From assembly GCF_001194135.2 (NCBI RefSeq), contig NC_069008.1:10979412-11028375 (forward strand): a stretch of 48,964 bases of DNA, in the 5' to 3' direction. Numbering within the stretch: position 1 is the stretch's first letter; every line of letters starts with the position of its first letter. The notes under the pieces are model-generated. The model had not been told where the DNA came from and did not search any database. It saw only the letters and a program-made list of their open reading frames with translations. Source of the stretch: Octopus bimaculoides. Its lineage: Eukaryota. Shown here in pieces: positions 10,545-23,075 of this stretch. The position numbers and the translations under genes were made by a program.

Positions 10545-11516
10545 GAAATCGAAATCGACTTAAATTCGACGACTGGCACCCATGCCAACGCCATCTCCTT
10601 CGTTGGACACATAACTCAGCCTGCAAAGACTTATTGGGGAAAGCGAAATCGTGAAGGCACCTGTGCCCAGTGTCGCCTTTCTGGCACTTGTGCCCGCGGC
10701 ATGTGTAAGGACTTTCGAGAGAGATTGTTGCCAGTGCCTCTGGACTGGCTCTTGTACGGGTGGCACAATAAAATACACCATTTTGAGCGTGGCCTTTGCC
10801 AGTACCGCCTGACTGGCNNNNNNNNNNNNNNNNNNNNNNNNNNNNNNNNNNNNNNNNNNNNNNNNNNNNNNNNNNNNNNNNNNNNNNNNNNNNNNNNNNN
10901 NNNNNNNNNNNNNNNNNNNNNNNNNNNNNNNNNNNNNNNNNNNNNNNNNNNNNNNNNNNNNNNNNNNNNNNNNNNNNNNNNNNNNNNNNNNNNNNNNNNN
11001 NNNNNNNNNNNNNNNNNNNNNNNNNNNNNNNNNNNNNNNNNNNNNNNNNNNNNNNNNNNNNNNNNNNNNNNNNNNNNNNNNNNNNNNNNNNNNNNNNNNN
11101 NNNNNNNNNNNNNNNNNNNNNNNNNNNNNNNNNNNNNNNNNNNNNNNNNNNNNNNNNNNNNNNNNNNNNNNNNNNNNNNNNNNNNNNNNNNNNNNNNNNN
11201 NNNNNNNNNNNNNNNNNNNNNNNNNNNNNNNNNNNNNNNNNNNNNNNNNNNNNNNNNNNNNNNNNNCACCATTTTGAGCGTGGCCGTTGCCAGTACTGCC
11301 TGACTGGCCTTTGTGCAGGTGGCACGTAAAAAGCACTCACTACACTCTCTCAGTGGTTGGCGTTAGGAAGGGCATCCAGCTGTAGAAACTCTGCCAAATC
11401 AGATTGGAGCCTGGTGTAGCCATCTGGTTTCACCAGTCCTTAGTCAAATCATCCAACCCATGCGAGCATGGAAAGCGGACGTTAAACGACGATGATGATG
11501 ATGATGATGATGATGA
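10545..11516 (+). mobile_element. RTE 3' UTR copy with internal repeat units and (GAT)n tail, spanning a gap
   Basis: GCCAGT..ACTGGC units on both sides of the gap; terminal GGAAAGCGGACGTTAAACGA(CGA)(TGA)n. Confidence 0.85.
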
Positions 11517-11949
11517 ATAATTATTACCCTTCATATATTTACATATACATTTGTGTGTGTGTGTGTGTGTGCGTGTGCGTGTGCGTGTGTGTATTTTTTC
11601 TTTGTGAAGGCCTGTTTATGGGTTTACCCTAGATTTCCTGTCCATAAAGAGTGTAGTGACGTCATATGGCGCCAAAAAGGCATAGTCGCCATTATTGTAT
11701 CTTTAACCACGCCAGCGTGGATTTCAACATCCAAGCGTTCCCGCTTCTATTCTGTCTCTTACCACGCCAGACAGCGAACAAGCAAGACGTCTAAAACAAA
11801 CTCTCATTGAGTGTGGTTGAACCAAGTTGTCTCTCCAACGATTCAACTCAAGGGACAGTACATCTACATTCAGACGTCTCAGCAACCAGACTTTCACACA
11901 GGAGGCTGTCCATTTTACCTCTTTAAATAAATATTGTTGTTGTTGATCA

Positions 11950-13562
11950 GTTTGGAGTTCTGCGTTCCATTCAATTCCTAATTTAATATAGGAAAGTCAG
12001 GTGTACATCTAATGATGTATAACCCACTTTCCTAAAAGAGTTTAACTTTATGGCATATCTTCAGAAGCCAAGACCTGTTGGCCAATGACCTCTTTAAAAT
12101 ATGAAGGTAGAAAATGTCAGGATTTTCTCCCTTTGCTAGTGGCTATCGACTTCCGGTTGTGCTGCCATCGATCAGCTATAAGGATAAACAATAGGGGATT
12201 ATCTCCCTCTCCCATTAGCCATCAACTTCAAATGGTTCCCAAGTCAATAGTGACCCATCTATATCAAAAGGGCTACTGACCAAAGTACTTTCTTTTGCCA
12301 GGGGCTTCACTAACGTTAGCGACAGAGAGATAGAAATTATTATGCATGCCAGAAAGACAGTACTGTTTAACAAAGGTTCAGCATGGGTCAAGCAATCCGA
12401 TTCCATGTGCTCCTTTGACATGGCGATGGGAGTCTACGGTAGTACATCCTGGATACCCTTAGGAAAAAGTTCTCCTCTGTGCTCTTCGGCCTCTACTGAT
12501 AGGCTTAGGAAGGACTTAATGAACACACTTACCTCCATGGGTTTGAAGATCACCATAAAAACCAACCTCATCATGGCAGACTTCTTGGACTCTGGTACTC
12601 AAACGCCCTACCACAAACCAAATGAAAGGCTAACATACATCAACACAGCCGCCTGTTACCCACCCATCATGTTCAACAACCTGGTAAAGGGTATTAGAAG
12701 AGGATTTCAAAACTTTCCTCTAATCAAAAGGCTTTCAATGCAGTGGCCTCATTCTATAATGAGGCCCTAGCTTCTAGCAGGTTTAGGGACCACATCTCCT
12801 ATTTGCTGGAACCCAACAACTACAAAAGGAAATGCTGCAGAAATACAATTTGGTTTGTCTCCCTTCTCCCTAAACACAATAACGCCCATAGATAGACTTT
12901 TCCATAAATTAATAGACAAGTACTTCACCAGTTCCCATAGGTATGAACCCATTTTCAACAGGCACAACGTTAGGGTCTCATTTAGTTGTGTCCCCAATAT
13001 TAAGAGCATCCTAGTTAGCACCCTAGGAAGGAGCAGGTTGTTCATGCAGGATCTGCAACAGTTACCCAGTAGGAGGCCACTGCCAAACCAAAGGTGTCGT
13101 CTATCAAGCTGAAGTACAAGCAAACCCTAACAATTCTACTAGCAGAAACAATAATGGCCATAGATACAATGACAGAACCAACAACAGAGTCACAGTGGAC
13201 AGCATTACTGACGTCAGCAACAGCAGCAACACTGACACCCTTGATGGCACCATCACTAACATTGACCACAAGAACATTGCCTTCAAAACCAACCTTACCA
13301 ACTGTTGTCCACAGTAGCAGAGCTGCCAATGTCCACACTGGCAGGACCAGTTATAGCAACAGTGCTGACACCAACTGTATTGGCAACACCGTCAGCAGCA
13401 GCAGCAGTGGCCCTAGCAGAAACACCAATATAAACTCGACTAATGACGCCTCTGACAGCAGTAGCAGTGCCTCCATAACCAGTAAGGCAATAGTTTTACC
13501 AACGACAACACCACACCCACCTGTGGCAATACCAACACCAGCAGCCCCAGCAACAGCAACAG
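11950..13562 (+). pseudogene. Decayed Penelope-like element (Naiad/Chlamys type): RT, linker and start of GIY-YIG endonuclease; 5' boundary approximate
   Basis: PSISKGLLTKVLSFARGFTNVSDREIEIIMHARKTVLF (from 12255), FDMAMG, YILDTLRKKFSSVLFGLY (GLY 12488-12496, catalytic DD lost by deletion), GLKITIKTNL..DFLD, PYHKPN, IWF (12848-12856), LIDKYF..IFNRHNVRVSFSCVPN, then CSCR..P..GHCQTKGVVYQAEV (13039-13116). Multiple frameshifts. Confidence 0.8.
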
Positions 13563-13564
13563 CA

Positions 13565-14144
13565 GAGTGGGTGCTTTTACATGCCACCGGCACGAAGGCC
13601 AGTCAAGCGGTACTGGCAACGGCCACGCTCGAAATGGTGTCTTTAACGTGCCACCTGCACGGGAGCCAGTCCAGCGACACTGGCAATGATCTCACTCGAA
13701 TGTCTTTACACATGCCACCGGCGCAAGTGCCTGGGCACAGGTGCCATCACGATTTTGCTTTTGCTTGCCTCAACAGGTCTTCGCAAGCCGAGTTTCGTGT
13801 CCAATGAAGGAGACGACGTTGGCATGGGTGCCAGCCGTCGAAATTAGTTCGATTTCACTTGCCTCAACAGGTCTTTGCAAGCAGAGTTTAGTGTCCAATG
13901 TAGGAAGGTATGCATCCTGGCAGAGGCTTTGGATTTAGGTCTCATTTGGCTTGCCGTGTCTTCTCACGCACAGCATATTTCCAAAGATCTCGGTCAGAAG
14001 TCATTGCCTCGGCGAGGCCCAATGTTCGAAGGTCGTGCCTCACCACCTCATCCCAGATCTTCCTGGGCCTACCTCTTCCACAGGTTCCCTCAACTGCTAG
14101 GGTGTGGCACTTTTCACACAGCTATCCTCATCCATTCTCACCAC
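13565..14144 (-). mobile_element. RTE LINE fragment (ORF2 end plus 3' UTR) lacking the terminal tail
   Basis: Same sequence family as 9776-10140. The 3' UTR stops at GAGTGGGTGCTTTT with no (CAT)n tail. Confidence 0.9.
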
Positions 14145-16199
14145 NNNNNNNNNNNNNNNNNNNNNNNNNNNNNNNNNNNNNNNNNNNNNNNNNNNNNNNN
14201 NNNNNNNNNNNNNNNNNNNNNNNNNNNNNNNNNNNNNNNNNNNNNNNNNNNNNNNNNNNNNNNNNNNNNNNNNNNNNNNNNNNNNNNNNNNNNNNNNNNN
14301 NNNNNNNNNNNNNNNNNNNNNNNNNNNNNNNNNNNNNNNNNNNNNNNNNNNNNNNNNNNNNNNNNNNNNNNNNNNNNNNNNNNNNNNNNNNNNNNNNNNN
14401 NNNNNNNNNNNNNNNNNNNNNNNNNNNNNNNNNNNNNNNNNNNNNNNNNNNNNNNNNNNNNNNNNNNNNNNNNNNNNNNNNNNNNNNNNNNNNNNNNNNN
14501 NNNNNNNNNNNNNNNNNNNNNNNNNNNNNNNNNNNNNNNNNNNNNNNNNNNNNNNNNNNNNNNNNNNNNNNNNNNNNNNNNNNNNNNNNNNNNNNNNNNN
14601 NNNNNNNNNNNNNNNNNNNNNNNNNNNNNNNNNNNNNNNNNNNNNNNNNNNNNNNNNNNNNNNNNNNNNNNNNNNNNNNNNNNNNNNNNNNNNNNNNNNN
14701 NNNNNNNNNNNNNNNNNNNNNNNNNNNNNNNNNNNNNNNNNNNNNNNNNNNNNNNNNNNNNNNNNNNNNNNNNNNNNNNNNNNNNNNNNNNNNNNNNNNN
14801 NNNNNNNNNNNNNNNNNNNNNNNNNNNNNNNNNNNNNNNNNNNNNNNNNNNNNNNNNNNNNNNNNNNNNNNNNNNNNNNNNNNNNNNNNNNNNNNNNNNN
14901 NNNNNNNNNNNNNNNNNNNNNNNNNNNNNNNNNNNNNNNNNNNNNNNNNNNNNNNNNNNNNNNNNNNNNNNNNNNNNNNNNNNNNNNNNNNNNNNNNNNN
15001 NNNNNATATATATGGATGAATGGATGTATGAATGGATAGATAGATAGATACATTGATAGATAGATTGCTAGATATATTTGTGTACATATAAAAGCATGTA
15101 AATATTGCTTTTGTGTGTGTGCACGTGCATGTGTGTAGATATATAAAATCAACCCCCCCCCCCTGGCAGTTGTGAAATAATATTCTTAAGGTCAGCATTT
15201 ACTATTTTGCAGACAATTCTATGCCCTCTAGCTAATTCTGTTATTGACCAAAATTAAATGCAAGTAGTTTCTTTAAAAAGTACCAGAGCTCTATAGCAGT
15301 TTAAGATACAACAGAAAATTAGTTGAGGAAAGAAAATACAAAACAATTACTTAGAAATTTGCGTTCAAAAATAGAAAACACAGTTACAAAATTTAAACAG
15401 TATAGTTTCCTTATGTCTTCATAATTTTTATTCTGTTTATACTCAAATAAAAGACCCCAATAAAAGGAATCTAGTTCTATAAGCTTCATCAAAACTGGTG
15501 CAGTAAAGAAAATATTACCAAAGTGGCCAAATTTAAATAAGAATGAGGCCCAAATTCATCTTTAAACCAGAATTGAAACCTTATTATGCTTATTTGAAAG
15601 TTCTCAACAAGAAGAATGAAATCTATTTTGCAAAAACCCATCAAGATTGGTGTGACAGAGGGAACAGATGGGAGTGTGAAAGTGGTCAAATTAGAAATGG
15701 AAAAATAGATTGAGTCTTTAACTCACCCCATCCCTCTTTTTGTTTTTGTTTTGCTTTTAAAAAAAACTAATACAGCTGAGCTTTCTTAAAAGCTCGAAAT
15801 GAGAGCAAATCTGATGCTGAAAACTATGTTGAGCTTAGCATTGCTGCTGCTGCTGCTGCTGCTGCTACTACTACTACTACTATAACTACTCACCAGTATC
15901 ATCAACAACAACAAACTTTTGAAATAAAATGCAGTCAAAAATTTGAGGTTGATCTCTAATAAATTTTGTGACATTGAAAGTTGTGCAAGTAAATTTAAGC
16001 ACATGCGCACATGGACACTCATGGTGGGTGAATGAAGAAATTGTTTTCTAATCATAAAAGTTTTGATATTTTTGTATATGAATGCAATTCTCAAGATGAC
16101 CTCCCCATCTCAGTGAAACTAAGTTTTTGTTGAGCTCTGTGTGTGTGTGTATATATATATATNNNNNNNNNNACACACACACACACACACACACATATG

Positions 16200-16680
16200 C
16201 AAAACAGAGCCCCTCACTCAATTTCCTTCCTATGCAAGATACCCCCATCATCTTCCTAATTGCAGATTTTCCTTGATACCACTTATTTTTCTTTCCATCA
16301 AGAACCATTTCATTTGTTACCCATCTTTCACCTATTAAAAACTGTCCCCTCCACCTACAATTCTCTTGATCCCTACTTTTCCCACTGAGTCAACAACTAC
16401 CCCACTGACCACCACACTTTACTTACCCTTTTTATGCACACTACCTGCCTCTCTCTTCTCCACCTACTCCTGCAACTTACTCATTCTTCTCCTGTCTACT
16501 GTTTCATCATTACTATTCTGCTTCTCAGCTATCAGTCATCTCCAATCCTACTCCATTGCTCTCTGGCTTCACTTGATCACTCCCATTCTCTCTCCTAAAA
16601 CATGAGTAGCCATGTTGCTCCTCTACAGCAAGAAACCTGTTCTACTCTGGTCCCGTCTCACATATTTTTGCACATCTTTT
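16200..16680 (+). mobile_element. Possible decayed Penelope-like 3' region (pyrimidine-rich)
   Basis: Strongly C/T-biased tract resembling 43830-44340; recognised by general resemblance only. Confidence 0.3.
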
Positions 16681-16719
16681 GCCTCTCATCTTCTAGCATA
16701 AAGTTGTCCCCACCCCACT

Positions 16720-16910
16720 GGATTTGTGGTCTTACAAAACAGCATAGTAGTTTCATAAGTTCTGGTTACATGTTGTAAGGTGGTTGGCATCAGGATGAGC
16801 ATCCAGCTGTAGAAACCATACCAAACAGTGGTGCATAATGCAATCCTTGGGCCCATTAAATCCTGCCAAACCATCCAACCCATAGAACATGGACATTATA
16901 GATGAATGTG
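16720..16910 (+). mobile_element. Old RTE 3' tail
   Basis: GGTTGGCATCAGGATGAGCATCCAGCTGTAGAAA...CCATCCAACCCAT, diverged from the family tail. Confidence 0.75.
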
Positions 16911-16928
16911 ATGGTACATACATATATA

Positions 16929-17080
16929 TGAGGAGGTGCTGAAAATTTCCTGACTTTAAGGGTATCACAAAAGACTTGGTTGGAGGCCCAACCCTCTGAG
17001 TTCTTTTACAAGGTTTAGAAATACTGAGGGACTGTATCTGAGAAGGGAATAAAGCCAGAAGATTTTCAGCCTGTCCCCTG
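16929..17080. mobile_element. Decayed mariner-type MITE
   Basis: TA-flanked imperfect TIRs: TGAGGAGGTGCTGAAAATTTCCTG versus CCAGAAGATTTTCAGCCTGTCCCCTG. Confidence 0.55.
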
Positions 17081-17089
17081 TATATGTAA

Positions 17090-17152
<63 letters not shown>

Positions 17153-18044
17153 NNNNNNNNNNNNNNNNNNNNNNNNNNNNNNNNNNNNNNNNNNNNNNNN
17201 NNNNNNNNNNNNNNNNNNNNNNNNNNNNNNNNNNNNNNNNNNNNNNNNNNNNNNNNNNNNNNNNNNNNNNNNNNNNNNNNNNNNNNNNNNNNNNNNNNNN
17301 NNNNNNNNNNNNNNNNNNNNNNNNNNNNNNNNNNNNNNNNNNNNNNNNNNNNNNNNNNNNNNNNNNNNNNNNNNNNNNNNNNNNNNNNNNNNNNNNNNNN
17401 NNNNNNNNNNNNNNNNNNNNNNNNNNNNNNNNNNNNNNNNNNNNNNNNNNNNNNNNNNNNNNNNNNNNNNNNNNNNNNNNNNNNNNNNNNNNNNNNNNNN
17501 NNNNNNNNNNNNNNNNNNNNNNNNNNNNNNNNNNNNNNNNNNNNNNNNNNNNNNNNNNNNNNNNNNNNNNNNNNNNNNNNNNNNNNNNNNNNNNNNNNNN
17601 NNNNNNNNNNNNNNNNNNNNNNNNNNNNNNNNNNNNNNNNNNNNNNNNNNNNNNNNNNNNNNNNNNNNNNNNNNNNNNNNNNNNNNNNNNNNNNNNNNNN
17701 NNNNNNNNNNNNNNNNNNNNNNNNNNNNNNNNNNNNNNNNNNNNNNNNNNNNNNNNNNNNNNNNNNNNNNNNNNNNNNNNNNNNNNNNNNNNNNNNNNNN
17801 NNNNNNNNNNNNNNNNNNNNNNNNNNNNNNNNNNNNNNNNNNNNNNNNNNNNNNNNNNNTTCCAAAGTTGAAATCTTCATTGTCAGAACCAAATAATGTA
17901 AAATAATTTAATTTATACCAAGATTAAACAAATAGTGTACAAAATGTTGTTGTTAGCTATAGAAGCAGAATGGTATACATCATTTCTTACTTAACTCAGA
18001 TATACAGCAGAAAGCCACAAAATTGTGGTATTTGTCTCAAGACA

Positions 18045-18435
18045 TATCTTTTATTTTTTATTTGTTTCATGCTGGGGCACCACCTTGAAGAATTTTAGTC
18101 AAATGAATCGACCCCAGTACTTAATATTTTTGTAAGCCCTGTACTTATTCTATCGGTTTTTTTTTTTTGCTAAACCACTAGGTTGTGGGGATGTAAACAC
18201 AGTAACACCAGTTACCAAGCAGTGGTGGGGGACAAACACAGACACAAAGTCACACACACACATACACACACATATGCATGTATACTACAGGTTTCTTTCA
18301 GTTTCCGTCTGCCAAATCCACTCATAAGGCTGAAGCAATAGAAAAAGACACTTACTAAAGGTGTCACACAGTGAGACTCAGCCTGAAACCATGGTGTTGG
18401 GAAGCAAGCATCTTACCACACAACCATGTCTGCAT
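18045..18435 (-). mobile_element. tRNA-derived SINE
   Basis: Reverse complement of head, core, (CA)n and tail. Confidence 0.85.
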
Positions 18436-18917
18436 GTATATAGTGCAACCATATAGTGCTAAAAAGCATATCAGTATGCTATACAATAACTATATACAGT
18501 ACCTATATAGTGCTAAAAAAGCATAGAAGTATATCAGTAGCAGACAGAAAGAATCTTTGACTGGCAGTGGAATTGCAAAATCTAAATTTCTGCTTCTTTG
18601 AGTGCCTTCAGTAGCAAGTATCCACAAACAGCTACATACTGAGGTAAATTTAGACTCTAATGATATGGGAAAACAGTGATTAACAATTCACTGGTGTTGC
18701 AAGTAACTGGCAAGTTCGGTAAAAATTTGTATTAGTGGCAGAAGCAGTGCTATGTGAAAAAAACTTTCTGTTTATCTCATTTAAAGTGTATATACTGTAC
18801 AAAGCCACAGATTTATTGTATTCGTCATGAGTTCGTATAGCATAGTTGTATTCTTCTTGGGATATAGAGCATCTCATGTAGATCAAGAGAAGAGTGATGC
18901 AAAAGGAAACTGAAGCT

Positions 18918-19075
18918 GTAGGCATGGTTGTGTGGTAAGAAGCTTGCTTCCTAACCACATGATTCCGGATTCAGTCCTGCTGCATGGTACCTTGGGCAAA
19001 TATCTTCTGGTATAGCCTCAGGTATTATGTGAATGGATTTGGTTAACAGAAACTGAAAGAAGCTTGTTGTATATA
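18918..19075 (+). mobile_element. SINE 5' half
   Basis: TGGTTGTGTGGTAAGAAGCTTGC head and core, ending in (TA)n. Confidence 0.85.
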
Positions 19076-19534
19076 TATATATATATATAATCATAAATAT
19101 ACAGGGATTAGCATGAGTTGCTTCTCCAACATACTGAGAATTTAGAAATAGCAGTCAAAGAACTACTGATTCCAAACTACAAATTTTTTCTCTAAATATT
19201 GCCATCCGTTAGAGAAAAAATTTGTACTTTGGAATCAGTAGTNNNNNNNNNNNNNNNNNNNNNNNNNNNNNNNNNNNNNNNNNNNNNNNNNNNNNNNNNN
19301 NNNNNNNNNNNNNNNNNNNNNNNNNNNNNNNNNNNNNNNNNNNNNNNNNNNNNNNNNNNNNNNNNNNNNNNNNNNNNNNNNNNNNNNNNNNNNNNNNNNN
19401 NNNNNNNNNNNNNNNNNNNNNNNNNNNNNNNNNNNNNNNNNNNNNNNNNNNNNNNNNNNNNNNNNNNNNNNNNNNNNNNNNNNNNNNNNNNNNNNNNNNN
19501 NNNNNNNNNNNNNNNNNNNNNNNNNNNNNNNNNN

Positions 19535-19610
<76 letters not shown>

Positions 19611-19629
19611 TAGATAGATAGATAGATAG

Positions 19630-19875
19630 ATATATGTGTGTGCGTGCACATGTGTTTGTGTTTTTATGTCTGTGTTTGTCCCCCCACCACTGCTTGACAG
19701 TTGATGTTGGTAGGTTTACCGCCTCATAACTTAGTGGCTCAGCAAACGAGACTGATAAAATAAGTACCAGGCTTTAAAAAAATGTCCTGGGTTCTATTGA
19801 TTCAACTAAAAAAATTCTTCAAAGCAGTGCCCCAGAATATCCACAGTCTAGTGACTGAAACAAGTAAAAGATAAA
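19630..19875 (+). mobile_element. SINE 3' half
   Basis: GTCTGTGTTTGTCCCCC...GACTGAAACAAGTAAAAGATAAAG tail. Confidence 0.85.
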
Positions 19876-19959
19876 GAAGATAATCCAGTGCTAAAAAGCT
19901 CAGAAGCAGGTGAATGTCTTCCAACAGTAACAATGGGTATAGTTAAATCTTATATATTT

Positions 19960-20158
19960 TGTTTCAGTCATTTAACTGTGGCCATGCTGGGGCACCATCT
20001 TGGAGAATTTTTAGTTGAATGTATCGACCCTAGGACTTATTTTTTAAGCGTGACACCTATTCTGTAAGTCTCTTTTCCCAAACCACTAAGTCATGGTGAT
20101 GTAAACACACCAGCCCCAGTCATAAATCAACAGTGAGAAGATAAATGCAGACACAAAG

Positions 20159-20234
<76 letters not shown>

Positions 20235-20340
20235 GACAGGCTTTTTTCAGCTTCCATCTTCAAAATACATCCACAAGAGTTTGGTCACCATGTGGTTGAG
20301 AAGGAAGCTTCTTACCCCACAGACCTGCCCGTGCCTAGAT
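19960..20340 (-). mobile_element. tRNA-derived SINE, core partly deleted
   Basis: Reverse complement tail, (CA)n and shortened head. Confidence 0.8.
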
Positions 20341-20552
20341 CTCTACTTCTTTGAACCTTTTCTGTAGCAAGTATCCGCAATTTGTCTGAGCAAACAAATT
20401 TAGCCTCTGTTAATATAGAAAAACAGTGATTCACAAATTTTATTATTTTTTTTTTTAGCAGTGATGTAAATGGAAACAGTGTGTTATCACTCACTGCCTT
20501 TTTTTGTGAGAAAGAGGGTTAAGGTTATTTGGTTTGTAGGCATTAAGTCATC

Positions 20553-21035
20553 ATCATCATCATCATCATTTAACGTCTGCTTTCCATACTGGTATGGGTT
20601 GGACGGTTTGACTGAGATATTCCAAAAGTGCAGGTATGGCTGTATTGTAAGAAGCTTGCTTCTGAATCACATGGTTCTGAGTTCAGTCCCACTACCTCAT
20701 ACCATGGATAAATGTCTTCTACTATAACCTTGAACTGATCAAAGCCTTGTGAATGGATTTGAGAGGTGGAAACTGGAAGAAGCCTGGTGTGTATGTGTGT
20801 GTGTGTATGTGTGCATGTGTTTGTGTGTCTTTGTGTCTGTGTTTGTCCCTCACAACTGCTTGACAACTGGTGTTGGTTTGTTTAAGTCCCTGTAACTTAG
20901 CGATTCAGCAAAAGAGATTGATAGAATAAGTACCAGGCTTAAAAAGACGTACTGGGGTCGATTCATTCAACTAAAAATTGTTGAAGGTGGTGCCCCAGCA
21001 TGGCCACAGTCTAATGACTGAAACAAGTAAGAGAT
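20553..21035. mobile_element. Short RTE tail (minus, about 20553-20605) abutting a full SINE (plus, about 20630-21035)
   Basis: (CAT)n-TTTAACGTCTGCTTTCCAT tail, then SINE head, core and tail. Confidence 0.85.
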
Positions 21036-21634
21036 GAATCTAAAAAAATTAATTTGAATTCATTTCAAGTGTTCGATGGCTTTTTTATGCTCAGATCACC
21101 CCAAAAATAACCAAAAATAATTTTGTCTAAACTAAATTTCTTTTTCTGTACCAAAATAAATTACTTCTAGTGTAATTAATTATCCAAAATTACAATTTAC
21201 TAAAAAATAATTTTTTTAAAATATAGAAGTTTATTAAAATGTGATAAATTGATGGAACTGGATTATTCTTCTTTACCTTTTTTATTTTTTACTTGTTTCA
21301 GTTATCAGACTCAGGCCATGCTAGANNNNNNNNNNNNNNNNNNNNNNNNNNNNNNNNNNNNNNNNNNNNNNNNNNNNNNNNNNNNNNNNNNNNNNNNNNN
21401 NNNNNNNNNNNNNNNNNNNNNNNNNNNNNNNNNNNNNNNNNNNNNNNNNNNNNNNNNNNNNNNNNNNNNNNNNNNNNNNNNNNNNNNNNNNNNNNNNNNN
21501 NNNNNNNNNNNNNNNNNNNNNNNNNNNNNNNNNNNNNNNNNNNNNNNNNNNNNNNNNNNNNNNNNNNNNNNNNNNNNNNNNNNNNNNNNNNNNNNNNNNN
21601 NNNNNNNNNNNNNNNNNNNNNATAGATATACATA

Positions 21635-22909
21635 TTGAGTCATCCCAGAAACAATGTGTTTTTTTTATACTTTTATTTTTTTCAAAATTAAGATAAACAA
21701 AGTTCTTTTAAAATCTAAACTGTACTCTCTTTCATTTCCTACAATGCTCTTCCATTTATCTGGTAGACTTGTAAGGCCCCTCTTCCAAAATTCACTTGTC
21801 CATGATAAAAATACTCCTCCAGTACTGTTCTGACTTCATCTACAGAATTCATATTTTTAATATTCAAATGATTTAGAAGACTGTGGAATAAATGATAATC
21901 AGATGGGACAATGTCTGGTGAGTATGGTGGGTGGAGCATCGTGTTCCCATTCAAACTGCTCCCGCCTTTGGAATGTCATCCTCGTTGTATGTGGTTGAGA
22001 ATTATCCTGATGGAAGAACACCTTTCATCTTGAAACCAAAGATGGTCATTTTTCTTCTAGCACTGACTTAAACCGCTCAAGCTGCTAGCAGTAGATTGCC
22101 TTTGTTATCATTTGGTTTGGGTTTAAAAGTTCAAAGTGGACCAAACTTTACACATCCCACCAAACAGATAACAACATCTTACGTGGGTGAAGACGTCTGG
22201 AGTGCCAGTGTTTCTCTTTTTCCTACCCACTGTCTTCAGTGCTTGACATTTATACAGAGGATCCATTTCTCATCACCAGTCAATGTTCAGTCCAAAAAAG
22301 GTTCTTTCATGAGATGTGACAGCAAAGAAGAGCACATGTTCACTTTCTGTGCATGATTAAACTCGAAAAGTTTGTGAACTCATTGGCCCAATTTTCTGAC
22401 TTTTCTGATGACACACAGGTATCGATGAACTGTTGAATGACCAAATCCATGCTTCTCTGCTAGTTCCTCAACAGTTATGATGGGATTTTGTTCTACCAGG
22501 GTTTGCAGGATGTCCTCATTGAGCTCTACAGATATTCCAGGATGAGGCACATCTTCTAGGCTGTAGTTTCTGGCTTGGAATTTCTGGAATCACTGTGACA
22601 CTGACTTACGTTTATTGACCGATACCCATATACTGCATTAATATTCCTTGCACTTTCCATTGCTTTGGCGCCTTTATTGAACTCATAAAGCAAAATACGC
22701 CAAATATGCTCCTTTGTCATTTCCATTATAGCTTTGATAAAATAACTTTTAAAATTGAATTGCACTCTTCAAAACTTTCACTAAGAATAAGGACTAGGTA
22801 AAATTATTACCTGCTTTTATAGCAAGTTCATGCAAGTAGTTTATCCCACCCCACTTCAACTCTTAATTAATGCAATTGAAAAAACCGCATCATTTATGGG
22901 ATGACCCAA
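21635..22909 (-). mobile_element. Full-length (1275 bp) decayed mariner transposon
   Basis: Imperfect TIRs TTG(A/G)GTCATCCCA(G/T)AAA with TA at 21633-21634 and 22910-22911. Minus-strand remnants MEMTKEHIWRILLYEF (ATG at 22726), TGDEKWI, HQDN, HPPYSPDIVPSDYHLF; stops and frameshifts throughout. Confidence 0.92.
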
Positions 22910-22929
22910 TATTTATATGTGTGTGTGTG

Positions 22930-23075
22930 TGTTTTTATCTATGAAATCTATTCACAATGCTTTGGTTGGCCTGAGGCTGTAATAGAATACACACTTGCCC
23001 AAGGGGCCATGCAGTGGAACTGAGTTGGGAGCCATGTAGTTGAGAAGCAAGCTCCTTACCACACAACCACACCTG
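22930..23075 (-). mobile_element. SINE 5' half
   Basis: Reverse complement head and core. Confidence 0.8.

Noticed and set aside
11792-11807. 15-nt match AAACAAACTCTCATT shared with the minus strand near 40850
   Set aside because: A match of this length is expected by chance in an AT-rich window of this size.
13094-13807. 237-aa mucin-like ORF as a host gene
   Set aside because: It is a chimera of the low-complexity tract in the Penelope-like element and the antisense RTE 3' UTR; no splice or domain support.
15540-15712. Short open frame MRPKFIFKPELKPYYAYLKVLNKKNEIYF...
   Set aside because: Under 60 codons, no recognisable domain and no convincing splice sites.
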